DNA from: Klebsormidium nitens
Lineage: Eukaryota; Plantae; Klebsormidiophyceae
Length of the DNA stretch: 64,000 nucleotides
Assembly (NCBI GenBank): GCA_000708835.1
Contig: DF237188.1
Span: 1-64,000 of the forward strand
Direction of reading: 5' to 3'
The notes under the pieces were generated by a model. That model was not told the DNA's origin and searched no databases. It saw only the letters and a list, made by a program, of their open reading frames with translations. Shown here in pieces: positions 22,216 through 35,346 of this stretch; positions within the stretch are counted from its first letter, which is position 1; each line of letters opens with the position of its first letter. The position numbers were made by a program, and so were the translations under genes.

Positions 22216-25200
22216 TCATCTCATCGACGGTTCCGTCGAAAGGAGTGCCAGACTCCGCGGAGTTAAGTCAAACGAGTCAGACCGAGAACGCTTGTCGGAA
22301 TTAAACGACGCTTCCAGGAACTTGACGCCTTGCCAAGCTCGAACGTCCTTCCTGTCTGATGCGTAGCACACGGTAAAAGCTTTCATTCAGCTCTTTGAAA
22401 AGCTTTAAAAACGGCTCAGATAAGTAAATAACGGCCCGGGGAAGAGGCTGTTCGGTCTTGCAGTTTGCAACGGCTTCAGCTTGCTCCGAGCGCCCCATCT
22501 GATGCCTTGACGGATCAGATACTTTCATAGATTAGCTTCCGGTGTCAGCCTAGCTTCGTATACTATCTCAACATTGCTAAAACGGGTCTGCATACATACG
22601 CAGACTCTGGCTCCGGCCATAACTGATCAGCTGATGACCAGCAAGAAGAGTCCTGTACTTGCAGACCGCATTCGTCGTGGCCAGCATCCTGCATTCCACG
22701 AAGACCATGACTCCGTGTCTTCCGGGCCGAGATCTGGTCTTGATCGTCTGCAAAAGTCTTGCAGAACGATTTATCTACACAGAATATTCTGCACTTGGTG
22801 TCATGACATCATGATTACGGTGTCCGCTTTATCGGATGAGCATCTAAATGGCGCGGTAGCGGCTCTCTCTGTGATGCGCAACGTCTTCGGAGCAGTACTG
22901 GTCCGGAAAGGAAAGCGTGTAAGTATGTTCACGGTCTAACATCCGGCGTACAAGTAAATCTGTCCTGATCCAATTCAATCCTCTAAGCAGTAGTAAGCGG
23001 GACCAAGAATCCCTCAAGGCAGCTACCTTTGGTTCCGAGAGCAAGAACAGCCTTCAATCCTCAGTGAGGTCCTGTCCATTGGGGAGGAGCGCTTCCTTCT
23101 CTATCAGCCTCCTGAAGGAGGCCCTTAATTGTCGGTGGTTTTATGGGAAGGCAGTGTGTGCACGTACATGTCCCCCAAATCAACGACAGAAACAAAGGTT
23201 CTTCGAACACTGGAAGGGTCCAAGCTTGGGATGCTCCCGCCACGATAGACCTGCTGACGTGCCACATGAATGCCCGTCTCGGTTCTCGCCCGTCACCTGT
23301 GCTGTCTTTAATCAAATTCTCTATGGCTGGTCAAGAGAATCGGGAGATGCTTATTCAAAGACTCTGTTCGCATCCTGGTCTAGTGTCTCGTTTGCGTGCT
23401 CGCGCTCAGACAGAATCATCAAGCTGCAGCCCATCGGGGACAAGTTTCGCTCCTTCATTGTTGGTCTCTTCGTTGTGGCAGGAGACCGTGACAAAGAGAG
23501 GCGTCCTTTGATGATGAAGGGTTAACCAACCTTCCGCCCTTTGAAGTCTTGACAGATTATAAGATGGTAGATACCGTCAGATCAGATCTACAGTGCACGA
23601 AGTAGACTTCTTCAGACCACTCCCGAATGATTTTTATCAAATCCCCCCCCCAGGAACTGTCAGTTCTACTGGGAAGCGTACCGTCATTGCTGTTCAACGG
23701 ACCCAACTTCAGAGCGAGCTTCACGTGAAGAGTCCGAGTTCTTGCTGGGACCGAAACGCTCCGGAGTCTAGGATCCTGCATTTGCCTGACGTCAATGAAC
23801 GCCCGACGCCGCTAGGACAATGTCAAAACGTACAAAGAAGGCAACGGTGCCCTTAAACCGGAACCAGCTTCGCGGTCGTAAGAGGCATGCTATGATAGTA
23901 TCATTGTAATGAACAAAGAGCGCGCGCTCAACCTTGGTCAGTCGCAATCCCATATTGGCAATCGTCGCCGCTGCAAAAATTGAAGTCAATTAGATGTAAC
24001 AAATCCTTTCTAGGTGCATGAGACGCACGAAGAGGTGTGAATTGCTCCTGACCAGGGGCCTGAACTCTCAGTCCCGGATACGACCTCAAGGTGACATGGT
24101 GCAGACGGATCAGCGTAACTTCAACTTGACTGTCACCAAATGTTGCTGCCAAGATGTTACCCAGTTGTTATGCGACTAAGGCCAGTCGTTCGTCGCTTTC
24201 TGCGTCGCTGCTTTTCTGCTCTGAGCATTTGATCAGGTCAATCGTTTGCTAGTCGTGACGAGAGCTTGCATACAGCGGTTTCCCTTCTTCCCTCGGAGGC
24301 CGGTCCTCGAACCTGTCCGAGTTCACGAAGTGGTTTCAAGCAGGGTATCGAGCTTCGACAAGGTGCACGAGCTGGCGGTGCACGAGGATTAAAGGGACCT
24401 ACCGAGTTGAGCTTATGGCCCAGTGGGTTCGACCGGCTACATATCCGATCCAAACGGGGACCGACTGTTTCCGCGCATTGAGTCAAACATAAGTACCGGG
24501 CACCGCGCAAATCGACAAATCGAGCTATTTATGAACCAGACAGGTTTGAAAAAAATCGCTGTAGAGTGGGTATTGAACGCCCAGGAAGACCAGGCATTCT
24601 CGGCTGGGCGGATACATTCAGAATTACTCGCACCGGCGCATACATACTGCCCCTGGTGGGGCCCTGGTTCTAACGCTGTGAGGTGTCTCGGCATCCTCGA
24701 TCAACAAGCTGAGACGTGCGCAACAGCCTGAGGTGGGCTACCACCATCCTGGAGGCATTACTGGCAATCAAAGTCCCTTTCATACCGGGTTTACCCAGAC
24801 TAGTAAACCAATCACGCTTCGATGATAAGATCGAGTAACATCGAAGCACTAGCTAGGTGGTCGATGGCTTCCGAGGGCGCGGTGTGAGCGGGTCGGGCCA
24901 GAGGGGCGAGCGTTAGCACGGCGCGTTTGACCAAGCCCTCTGCAGCTCTACAATGCCCTCTAAGTTCAGCTGTGACGCGAAGGGCGCTTGGCCGGCCGCG
25001 GCGCGGCAAGTTTCTGTGGCGTTTGAAGCACAAGTAACGGTTTGTTGCGCGCGCGATTTCTTCTTCTACCAGTCAAGCCGTCGATGAAAGCAGCAGAATC
25101 TCATCGTACGAACAATGATGCTCCGAAGCATCGTAAGGAAAACGCCCACTCTGCACGTTGCAATTTGCAGAGCCAAGCTCTCCGAGCTCCATCTTCTGCT

Positions 25201-25538
25201 TGAGAGGCTCAGGCTCCTTGACTCCAGAATTGCGCCTTTGAAAGTCCTGAGGAAAGTTGCTGACTCTAGCGAACGGCATTGCTTTGTTGAAGACCCTCTG
25301 GCCAGCTTATTTGGTGTTCCACCCCGTTGCACCTTCACCTTTATGGTTGCGGAAGTCTGCAGCAGGGGCCTGTATGTAAGTCACGGTTTCCGAGCTTCAT
25401 CGTGGTGCCTTGTAAATGAAATGAGGCAACATTCTGAAGGAAGCGCAAGCTGAGTCCATTGAGTGCTCTGTTGGCGCTTGATTCAATAATTGGCAGGCCA
25501 GAAAGCAACACAGCGGGTGCAAGGAAAGAGCCTCGACA

Positions 25539-28500
25539 ATGTCGAGAAAGGCGGTCATCAAGCAGTATGTCAATCAATGCTTGGATCAGCATCCCCCGCC
25601 GGCGTTTAGCCTCGCTCGTCTCGAGCTGGAGATTGAGTGTGCGGAACTGGTTGTAAACAAGGGCCTCGATAAGAAGCTCTTGAAGAGCCGCCTTCAGAAG
25701 ATTATGAACTCCATCAATGAGTCTTCAAAGAGAAGAGCAAGAGCACACTTCATGTGGAAGGAGGTTGAGGAGGATACCTCTGCGACAGCAGAGGTGAGGC
25801 TTGCGCAAAGAGCTGAAAGGCTTAGCGGCCTTGTCTGCCCTTTCGGTGACAGCAGTCTAGAAGTCGGCCCTGCTGCAATTCTGGCGCTCTTGCATGCTCA
25901 ATGGAGTGCATGCAAGACCAGATCCAATCCCGAAAGCGGACCCAATTTCAAAAGCAAACCTGATTGAGAGCGCGCTTGGTCCTTTCTGGAGGACATCACA
26001 TTCCTGCCTCAAAGCTTGCTGCTCTTTCCCACAATAATTGCTTGTGCTTACCCTTCCTGCCTGCAGTCTAGGAACAGGAGATACGAGCGAGCTCAGAGTT
26101 CCGGCCGGGGACGCTACGAGAGCCACTTCCCACCAGATGAGCAGAGGTAAGCTGGAGACAATGGTTAGCATTTCCTTCCATACCATTCGGTGCGCTGTAC
26201 GTACTCTGGAGACATCTTGTGCTCTGAGGCACTTTGAAGTCTAGCCCTGGTTCCAGTATGGGGATCTCCACCTTATCAGCATACAGCTCAGGACATGCCT
26301 GCCCTCTTTCCATTCATGGTCACCGAGGTTGACAGGAGGTTGCGATTCGCATTTGTATCGAACTTGGTCAACCTTACTTCTGACTACCTACATCATGTCT
26401 GCGACCAAATGCATGTTCTGTCCAGTCATCCTTATGATTCCCCTCGTCTCCTTTTACGATCTGAGAGAAGCAGCAAAGCAAAGAGCTTGAGGACCATCTG
26501 ATTTCCCTTGTGTCTCGCCCTTTCCTGCAGAGGGCGCAGTGCTCCGCCTGCCTCAGATCTCCATCCCAGGGGCTCTTGGCGGTTCACGGATGCTCAACCT
26601 TCGGGACGAGGACATCAAGCTGCGGGAAATGACATGCAGAGGTACCAGCCCTCAGTCCCTCACTGACGTGACATGGGACTCCTTCGTAGCACACGGCAGT
26701 AGGTTTGCTTTCCTTCTAGAAGGGACAAGTGCTGTAATGCCCTCTTGCTTCCTTTCGGTAGAGTTGTTGCTCAGAAAGCTTTCGCTGATGCTACCAGACT
26801 TTCTCGGCAAGAACAGCACTCAGTTTGCCATGAAGTACAATGTGCTCCAGGGCAATGCCTTCTGCCTCACCTTTCTGCAGTACAGAAACCCTTTACAGAT
26901 AGGAGTCAGTAGCCATAATATGATGGTGCTGTGTGACCTTGTCGGATTTGGCCGTCCAAAGAAAATGCCTCTCAACGCCATATCCTCCTCTATCTTCAGT
27001 CAAAGCCTGCTCAACACGAAGATGGTACTGAGGCCCAGCGATGTGAAGGCCCTGGCACTCCAGGTGGCGCCCGGGAAGTACAGGCAGGTGGCCAACGACG
27101 ACCCAGCCACAGCCATCCTGACCAGCAGAAACAAGCAATGACTGCCAGGTGGGAGCCTCAAGTAGTCCGTACCAACTCTGTAAAACAGCGTGGCTCGTTG
27201 TCGCATATCGGGCTTATTGCTTGACTGATGCATATGAGACAAAAGCCTGACAAGCCAGGGACGAAGGGTTCCAAAATGCGGGGTAGATTTAGAGTCTATG
27301 CTGCTGCAGCGTACTTCTGAAAGTTAACATGTGTCTGTGACCGGAACTTGTACACCTGGACTCCAGCTTCTTTTGGGAAACGCCTTTCCGCTCTGTTCAA
27401 ATGAGTCAATGCTGAAAAGTTGTGGACCAGACACCTGCTCAAGGCCCAGGATCTGGCCAGGACGATTGGGAGGCAGACTGAATGTCCTAGCATCCAGATA
27501 CATGTTGGGGCGGTTTGCCTTGAGGCTTTTAAACATTTTCCATCGAACATTCGTCGTTACAAGGAATCCGTCAGAAACCTTCAGAGAACACTGCTCAATT
27601 GGTGGACGTTGCTTCGCCAGCCTCACATCCCTCTGGTTGACTTGTTTAAGTTGTGTTCCTCACTGTTCTTCTTCATCTTTTGCCCTCGCCTTGTCTCAAG
27701 GTTAGAAGCTTGCTTCATGCAAAACCCCACCATATCAGTCTGCTTTCATGTTCCTTGTATTCCAAGGTTGGGCCCCGCTTTTTATTACCGACACTTCTGC
27801 AAAGAAGAGTCGCTCGAGCCACGCAAGCTGACAGCTGTCACGCATTTCGTTTGCAGCGGAGGGTCCGACCCACAACCCGCGCACGGCCACCTGCCCGCAC
27901 CCCCCAGTACCAGCTCCCCCCGGCGCACCTCCAACGGCCCCCTCCTGGAGCGGCCCCCCGCAGCAGCGCCGCTTCCCTGCAGCGGGAAGCTCTCGGCGAG
28001 GTCTCAGTCAACACCCAACAGCCCCTGCTGAGTGCCGCACAGCAACCAACCGCAGTGAAAGCAGCGGGAGATGCTCGAAAGGAGCAGCCGACGGGCGATC
28101 CTGCAGACGGATCCGCACGCAAAGCAGAGGGAATTGCACGGGGATTAGAGGCCAGCGACTCGGAAGCGGACAACCAGAGCGGCACGAATGCTGGAAAGGG
28201 CGGCCACGGAGAGGCAGTCGTGACCGCTGATGTCAGCAACCCGCAGCTGCTGCAGACCGACATTGCCAGCCCGCCTGATCACCCGGACCCCGAAATCGAG
28301 GGCAGCACCTTCCAGATCGAGAGCCATTTGCAGAACGAGGCTCCACCAGGGGGAGAGGGGGGCTTTCACGACGGGCGTTCGGGGGAGCGGCGGGTCAGCA
28401 GCAGCGCCGCTTCAAAGCGCGGCAGAGACTGGGCGGGGAGCATCACTGGGAGTGGCGCCAAGAAGAGGAGCATGGGAGGCGGGCGCTGGAGCACGGCGGA

Positions 28501-28546
28501 GGAGCAGGCGGGCGAGAGGATATTGCACAACGTGAGAATCCTATAA
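25539..28546 (+). pseudogene. Paralog 2 of the family; apparent 1-nt deletion in exon 4 (pseudogene or sequence error)
   Basis: Exons 25539-25793 (255), 26067-26146 (80), 26531-26641 (111), 27000-27148 (149 versus 156 in paralog 1) and a last exon from 27857. The RPSDVKALAL frame ends at TGA 27139-27141. Confidence 0.65.
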
Positions 28547-29178
28547 TCCATCGTCATGTTGGTCGAGATTGCGTTTGTCAGCCGCTATTCTAAACGAAAT
28601 TGGTGACACGGCTAGGTGTAAAAGTCTTCGCTCGCGTGCTCCAGGGTTTGAGGTGGTTGCACACCTGTTAGTTCTGGACGAGCGTGGGCGTAAACATTGA
28701 AGGAGCTCACTTTTGCTTCCTTGAAGCTGGCATGTCCCTTCTAGATTCGTACAGGTTTCGAATGTCAACACACCCAACGCCTTCAGTGAACACGTTGTCA
28801 CAAAACTCGAGCGACCCCAGGTTCTGGTCATGCGTGAGGAAGCACTTCCACTTCTTGCATGCTTTTAAACTCGCACCAGGCCTGACTGATTTCAAAATCT
28901 CCTTCGACTGTCCTGCGTCGGGCATATGTTTTCCGGCTATCCTGTGCTGTCTCGGTGTGAGTGCCTTTCGACTCTGCTCGCATTCTCTCTACGAGTCAAT
29001 GACTGACATTTTCCAATGATAACCTCTGTGGGCATACTTTCCGTGATAACGCCCTGTGATTCCTGACTTGAAGCTCTGCGCCGGACCTTGAGGAGGCTCA
29101 ACAACGACTTGGCGGTTGATCGCGTTCGCTCGAGAAGATTGGCCGGATCCCTGAACCTGTCTTTTCGCACGATTGCAG

Positions 29179-31398
29179 CTCTCGGGGGGTCTACAAGGCC
29201 TGCCTCAAGCTCAGCACAACTTCGAGACGACCACGCCCACCGGAAACCTGCCTGCCCCCGCTGCATTGACCGACCGGTCTCTGCCCAAGGCTGCTTCCCC
29301 GATGCAAGAAGATCCAGTTCTTCCCACGGCTCTCGTCTTTGACAACGGCCAGCATCCAATCCGCCCCGCAACGACAAAACGCCGCCGGTCCAAACCGTCC
29401 CCTCAGAAAGCCCCCGTCGGTCCACGGTCTGACGACGGGAATGCCACGGACGCGCAGGACGCTGCAGCCGACACGCCGGTCAAGAGTACTGCAACGGGGG
29501 AGAGCGACTCCAAACAGAATGACGGCACCCTCTGCTCTTCGCCAACGTGGTCTGAGTTTGTTGACAAGACGAGAGAAACCTTCGATAAGCTGCTGGCGAA
29601 ACAAAACTGCGAGCAAGTCCAAGTAGGTCACGTTCTCAGCACACCCTCCCCCGACGCCGCTGGAAACCCTCCCCCTCCTTTCGGTGGAGGCGGAAACGGA
29701 AATGGGAACGGAATCGGAAACGGAAACGGAAACGGAAGCCTTTGGAAGGAAGAGGCTTGGGAGAAGGACGACAAGAAGGTCAAAGCGCCGCAGCATCTCC
29801 TGACCGGCACGGCTAAGGGTGGAGACGAAGCAAGCGCGCACGCGCTAGCAGGACGCGCGCCGCCGCCAATGAAGCCCTCGCTGGGCTTGCACACGACGCG
29901 TAATGAAATGCGGGCGCCAGATCTCCTGCGCCGTGGGAAGAGCGCTCGGGGAAGTAGCGAGAGGACCGAAAGGGGCGAGGATAGCTCCGGCGTGGCTGAG
30001 GGGGAAGGGGAGAACGAGAAGGTGGCGGAAGAGGAATGGGTCTGGACCAATGGGGAGCCTCAAGAGAGCGACTTGATTGAGGAAGTCGCGCCAGATAATC
30101 GCGAGAAGTCCACTGGAGGAGCCGGAAAACCGGTCGAGGAGGGGGTGCTTGTGGTTCCTGGAGACGGAGGAGAAGCGCGCGAGAAGGAAATAGCGCGCGT
30201 TCTGCAGGGAGTGTCAGCCCTTGCGGTAACGCGTGAGACGGACGAGCTGGACGAGGGCGCGAAGAAGAGCGTACCGGGTGCAAAAGCGAAGGAGGCGAGC
30301 GGACTGACAGGTGCTCATGGCAGTAGCAAGAACGGGTTTAGCGCCGTGAGAGATGGGAGCAAGCTGACCAGTAAAATGAAGTGCAACGACATGGGCAAGT
30401 CGAGCCGCGAGGCAGAAAGTGCGGCTGACGAAACGGCGGGGAAGGACGCCATCAGCGTCGGAGCGGCTGAAGGGGTGAGAGCTAAGAGTGCGGCGCAGTC
30501 GGAGACTGTCGAGCAGACCCCGGCCAGAGCCAAGCCGTCTAAGGGAAGCAAGGGGTCGGGGCAATCGAGGGGCATAGCAAAACATAGCGGCGCAGTTATG
30601 GGAGGCATCGCCAACGAACGCTTCGGGGATGGTCTTACGATGTTGGGACCTGCAGAAGGGAACTCTAGCCCCGGTTGGATAGAGTTTAATGCTGGAGTGA
30701 AAGTCGCACGTTCCTCATTTCCACCCACAGAAGGTGAGCCACAAGATCGTGAGTCCATCGACAGATATTGGGCCTCTCGGGAAAGCAGTCCCCATATCCC
30801 GACCGAACACCGCCCCTTTAAGCCGCTATTTGTTGACACCCCGGACGAGCCCGCCACAGAGTCAGCCCCCCAGACGCAGCCAAACCCGCCTGCCGAGCAA
30901 CCGATGCAGAGGGGCCTCAGGAGAGCTGCAGTCGGGGGACTTTTCCGCGGCGAGACGCAAGAGGGGGGCCGAGAGCTGACTGTTCCTGCAGGGATTGCGG
31001 CAGCCGGTGGAAGGAAGTTTGCGCCGGCGAAGCCCACTGTGTCGGGGGGCGTGACGGCGGGAAGATCAAACCCGGGGCTGACCAGAAGAGTTCCGGAAGG
31101 GGCACCGGAGGGCGGAGTCGGAAGAACCGGAGGCACGGTCAGATTTATCGAGGGCGGGGCGTCGGGCACGGAAGCGAGATCTGTGGCGGTGAAGGAGTCT
31201 GCGGAGGCGGTGAGTGTGACCGGGAGAGCAAAGGTGGTGGTGGTCAAGAAGACGGCAGGAAGCGGGGTGTCGGCTGAGGACAAGAAAAAGGGCCCGGGCG
31301 GCGCGCAGGGCGGCTGGAAGGGAGTCGGGAAGCCGCCGAAGGGCGCAGGAAAAGGGGCGAGCGCAACCGGTGGAACTGGACCCGCCTGGAGAGGGTAA
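29179..31398 (+). CDS. Long exon of a low-complexity, probably disordered Gly/Ala/Glu/Lys-rich protein
   Basis: 740-codon open frame following a TTGCAG acceptor at 29173-29178, with a GN-repeat encoded by (GGAAAC)n near 29690-29735. No recognisable domain; the 5' exon was not found. Confidence 0.75.
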   Translation, partial: LSGGLQGLPQAQHNFETTTPTGNLPAPAALTDRSLPKAASPMQEDPVLPTALVFDNGQHPIRPATTKRRRSKPSPQKAPVGPRSDDGNATDAQDAAADTPVKSTATGESDSKQNDGTLCSSPTWSEFVDKTRETFDKLLAKQNCEQVQVGHVLSTPSPDAAGNPPPPFGGGGNGNGNGIGNGNGNGSLWKEEAWEKDDKKVKAPQHLLTGTAKGGDEASAHALAGRAPPPMKPSLGLHTTRNEMRAPDLLRRGKSARGSSERTERGEDSSGVAEGEGENEKVAEEEWVWTNGEPQESDLIEEVAPDNREKSTGGAGKPVEEGVLVVPGDGGEAREKEIARVLQGVSALAVTRETDELDEGAKKSVPGAKAKEASGLTGAHGSSKNGFSAVRDGSKLTSKMKCNDMGKSSREAESAADETAGKDAISVGAAEGVRAKSAAQSETVEQTPARAKPSKGSKGSGQSRGIAKHSGAVMGGIANERFGDGLTMLGPAEGNSSPGWIEFNAGVKVARSSFPPTEGEPQDRESIDRYWASRESSPHIPTEHRPFKPLFVDTPDEPATESAPQTQPNPPAEQPMQRGLRRAAVGGLFRGETQEGGRELTVPAGIAAAGGRKFAPAKPTVSGGVTAGRSNPGLTRRVPEGAPEGGVGRTGGTVRFIEGGASGTEARSVAVKESAEAVSVTGRAKVVVVKKTAGSGVSAEDKKKGPGGAQGGWKGVGKPPKGAGKGASATGGTGPAWRG

Positions 31399-34300
31399 TG
31401 AAGGTACGCCTTTGCTTCACGATTGCAGGCTTCCGCAACGACTTTTTATGCAGCTGCCGGAGAGCTTCTGATGGTTAACTGAGGGCTAGTGATTGCGTAA
31501 ACCACGGTAAACAAGAGCGTCGCCACGTTGGCAGGATGAAGCGGGGTAACATCTCCTGTACCCTTTCGCATCAATGGTCCATCACGAAGCAACTCCGGCA
31601 TCGTACTGAATTGTTTTGCGCATTAGAAGCTCGGAACCTGCGGCTAATTCCCCGGATATGACGGGGTTGAATGTTGGCGCTAAATTTCCAGACTCCCCAT
31701 GTTCTTACCTTCGCGGTTCCTATCGCGGCACTCGTCGAACTGGACACAATCAAAGTCTCGGGCTTTGTTTTCTGAACTTGATCGTAGACTGGAGGCCACA
31801 ACACTGTCTGGCTTTTGCCTCGCAGGTGTACAGCAGCGGCGACATAAGTGAGGACAATAGCTTGTAATTTGAACAGAAAAAATGAAAAACAAACTGAGGA
31901 CGGGACTTGTACAATGACAGCTTACGGCACTGGTGTATGACGGCCATGCTTGAATTCGTTACCAAACGAGGCAGATGCTTTGAGAGGAATCGTGTAACCT
32001 ACGAGCACACAGTGAGGGAGGCAAACGTAGATTCGGCAGATGTATGCAATTATGAGAGGGGCGGTCGGCGTAGAGAATAGCTAGTGTTGAGCACATACCT
32101 GGTGGCTCAGGCAGAGGTTTCCAAGTAGATGCAGCAAAGCATACGTAGAATATGGAGATGTAGGCTGGTCAGAGTACGGGTAGTTGAGCTTTATGAGCGA
32201 GAGCTGAGCTTGTCCTAAAATCGGCCCCACAAAGCAGACGTGATCATCAGTGCGTGGTGGCCTCTAGATAGTAAACGAGAAACTTTTGTAGTATGTAGAT
32301 TGGCCCCTGTGTAATGTTACAGCTTTCTTTCCTCAGCTTGCATCGTCAAACAGCCCTCTGAGGCTTCTCTTTGCAAACTATGTTGCCTATCGCGAAAAAA
32401 TCATGTTTAACCATAGCTCCTATTGTACTCGGCTTGTAACATAGCATGTACCGTCGCTATAACGCGCTTGCATTATAAGCCGGAATGCCTAGTGTTATAT
32501 GCAAGCTTGGAAGCGTGCATTCATGCAATCAGTCGCGGAGGCGCGATGCACATTGTACACAAAGATCATGTATTGCTGACGTCCAACTTGAACACGCGGC
32601 GCGAGCCAGATTCATGATTCACGATGTTACTACGTACCGTATATACTGCAGATCGACAAGATTGATCCAGCATCTGTTCACATCTATGGACACGTTACGC
32701 CGCCGGTGCCGCACACCAAGCATGTTCAAGCAATAGCTAGCCGCATGGGCCCAGCCGCGCCTTAGTCACTCCATTGGGCATGCTTACAAAATTAAGCATG
32801 TACCAGCTAGCTGCGAGGTAAACATCCAGAGAAACTGGCACAAGCTAGGCGAGCGCTTTAGGGCCAATCATGCACACGGTCGTGCGTACGCGGCGGCCGC
32901 GGACCGCCCCCGCGAACACGGCCATATGTCGCAACGCAACCCCGTCAAACCCTGGCTGAGCGTACCAGACGGTCAAGATTTGTCCAGCCGGCCGCGCGCG
33001 CCCGCTTCTACTAGCCGACTACTGACGTCTGAAGTGGTTGAGTGCAGTCACTGCTTCTCGCGGGGTGTGATCAAAGGTATGCTGTGGGTTTGTTCAGGCA
33101 CATGCAGCCTGCTTGAACGTCTGGTAGAGAAGCTTAAGGTCCTGTGCTATACCAGCAAACAGAGAGGTTTTTAGCTGGCTTCCAAAGATGATCATTGTGG
33201 ATGGCACCAGGTTGATGAGTAGCTCCTCTAGTGCTCTCTTCAGATCCTGAACAGCCCTTCTAGTGTCGCTTTAAGTCCTCTCGCCTCGTGGTACTTCTGA
33301 CCTCTTCACACACCAACAGCGTTGTGAGAATCCGGGAACCAAGTTTACAGCCGGCTGTTGGCGTGGAGGATCTGGTGAGGAAGCGGCGGGCTACGTAAGG
33401 AGTAGCTCTCAGGAGGAGATCATTAGGCGCACCTCCTCGTTCAATGTTGTTAACCTGTAAGCTTTCCTGCATCGGCGGAAGATGGATTCGTGAAATTCTG
33501 GACTTTGCCACTTTGAAGTCCCTTTCATGGGGCTACGGTGAAGGAGAGCTTCTTTTGATCAAAATATGTGTTTTCAGGTCATGGGCCACTGTAAGATATA
33601 GTCAGTATTAAGGAACTACAGAGCTTGAAGTTCATCAAGGCGATAATTGACTTTGAGCTGAGACGTATCTGCACGTTCCATCTGCAGTCAGCTTAGCACC
33701 TTCTCTCCAATCTCTGTATTACTTTTGCTACATACCTAATTAAATTCTGGTCAAGAGCTTCCAGACGTCTTGAGTTGCCGTCTTACACGATCAAACAAAA
33801 GCTCAGTGGCATGAAGAGTTGAGGCGGCCTGCAAAATGTCCTTTGGCCCACCTCATGTTCTGAAATCCTCTTGCCCCTCATGTACCGTGACGTGGTGGTC
33901 AGAGCTGTCGTTTGCAATCTGTGAACGTGCTCCTAAACAAGAAGGGAGGCCTTCAAGATGTCAGTTGTGGACAAGCGATCAGACGGCTCACCAAACAAAG
34001 CTGCAGTACTTCTAAGTTATCTCAACGATTGACATCTCTTTCTTGTTTCGGAACAGCGAGTAACAAAAATTTGAGCCTGTCCGCCTCTCAGAGCCAACAG
34101 AAGCATGGCCTCAGTTAACGCGATTGCGCAGACACCTTCGCCGCCAACAGTGAGGCAAAGACCTTCGCGGTGCCATTCCCTTTGCTAGCTTTTCAGGACG
34201 GCACTGCTACTTTTCCCCAAGTAAAGTGTGGCCTTGTTCGCCTCACCCTTCATCTGTGCACTTCGGCTTCGGGATGAAGCTTCGTCTTTCGTGTTTGATC

Positions 34301-35346
34301 TCACTTTTGCTGTAAAAATGTTCCTTTGGGTTTTGACGTTTCAATTCGCAAGAACAACTTCCTTGAGTTCACCGTGCGGCTGTTATTCAATGAAGTGACT
34401 GTGATCTGCTGTCTCGGAAAGATGCAGATGAAACGGGTTTTGTGACGTTCTTCACAACCGCACAGTCCTGCAAACAGTCTCCTCATTTAGCAATTTACTT
34501 TTTGAGGGAAGGGGAGGTCCAAGACTGCTGGGCATTTGGACTGACAAGGATATTTCAGTGGTTGGATGCGGTCTATCTCATCTGGATCACTAGGTTCTTT
34601 TGGCTCTCTAAGTTATGTCGCTTTTGTTTCCAATAGAAACTTCTAGCACTTGGGTCCTAAGCGTTCAATGAACCTGTTTCTCTTTCCTGGTCGAAGCTCT
34701 TGAAAGAGTACCTGCAACAGACTCCGCTCAACTTTCTGATGCAGTCGGCGGACAAGCCGCCGTCTCCCTGTCCGGAATCCACGAGCGGAAGTGCGGCTGT
34801 CTTTCTACCGGCGCCAGGGCCCGGCTTGAAATCTGAACAAGTGCTCTTTGTTGGCTCGTCGAATGAGAGCGATTTTGAGACTCTCTTTCCCACAGCTTGG
34901 TCCCGCATAGCCTCCGCACTTCCCAGTGCAAGGTACGTCAATCACGTTTCCGCCTTCTTGCGAATTCTACTTCCAGAAAAGGGTCCTTAGTGCGACACTT
35001 GCATGGTTGATCTCAAATCAGTCCTCACTCGAAGCTCACGTGCCATTGGTATGGAGTTTGACTTGATTTGTTGGTTTTGAATCAGCATCTAGCCTGGGTA
35101 TCCGTTCCTAGAAACTCTCACCGTGGCATGTTCAACGGTGCGGTTGTGGTTCCCCGTTGCTTAATTGAGCATGATGAAAAATTTGTACCTTTCTCAACCA
35201 CTGATTGGTTCTGCAGATTTTGGTCTCTTCGTACTGTCCTTTGCCTCAAGAAAGCGGTCGCATCTGGGTCGACCCCATGTCGTTTAACAGCTCTATTTGA
35301 AGTTCTGAGGAGACGATTGTGCTCTTCTGTCTGTATTTGCAGAAGG

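Noticed and set aside
29191-31283. Antisense ORFs up to 322 aa
   Set aside because: Shadows of the GC-rich sense exon 29179-31398.
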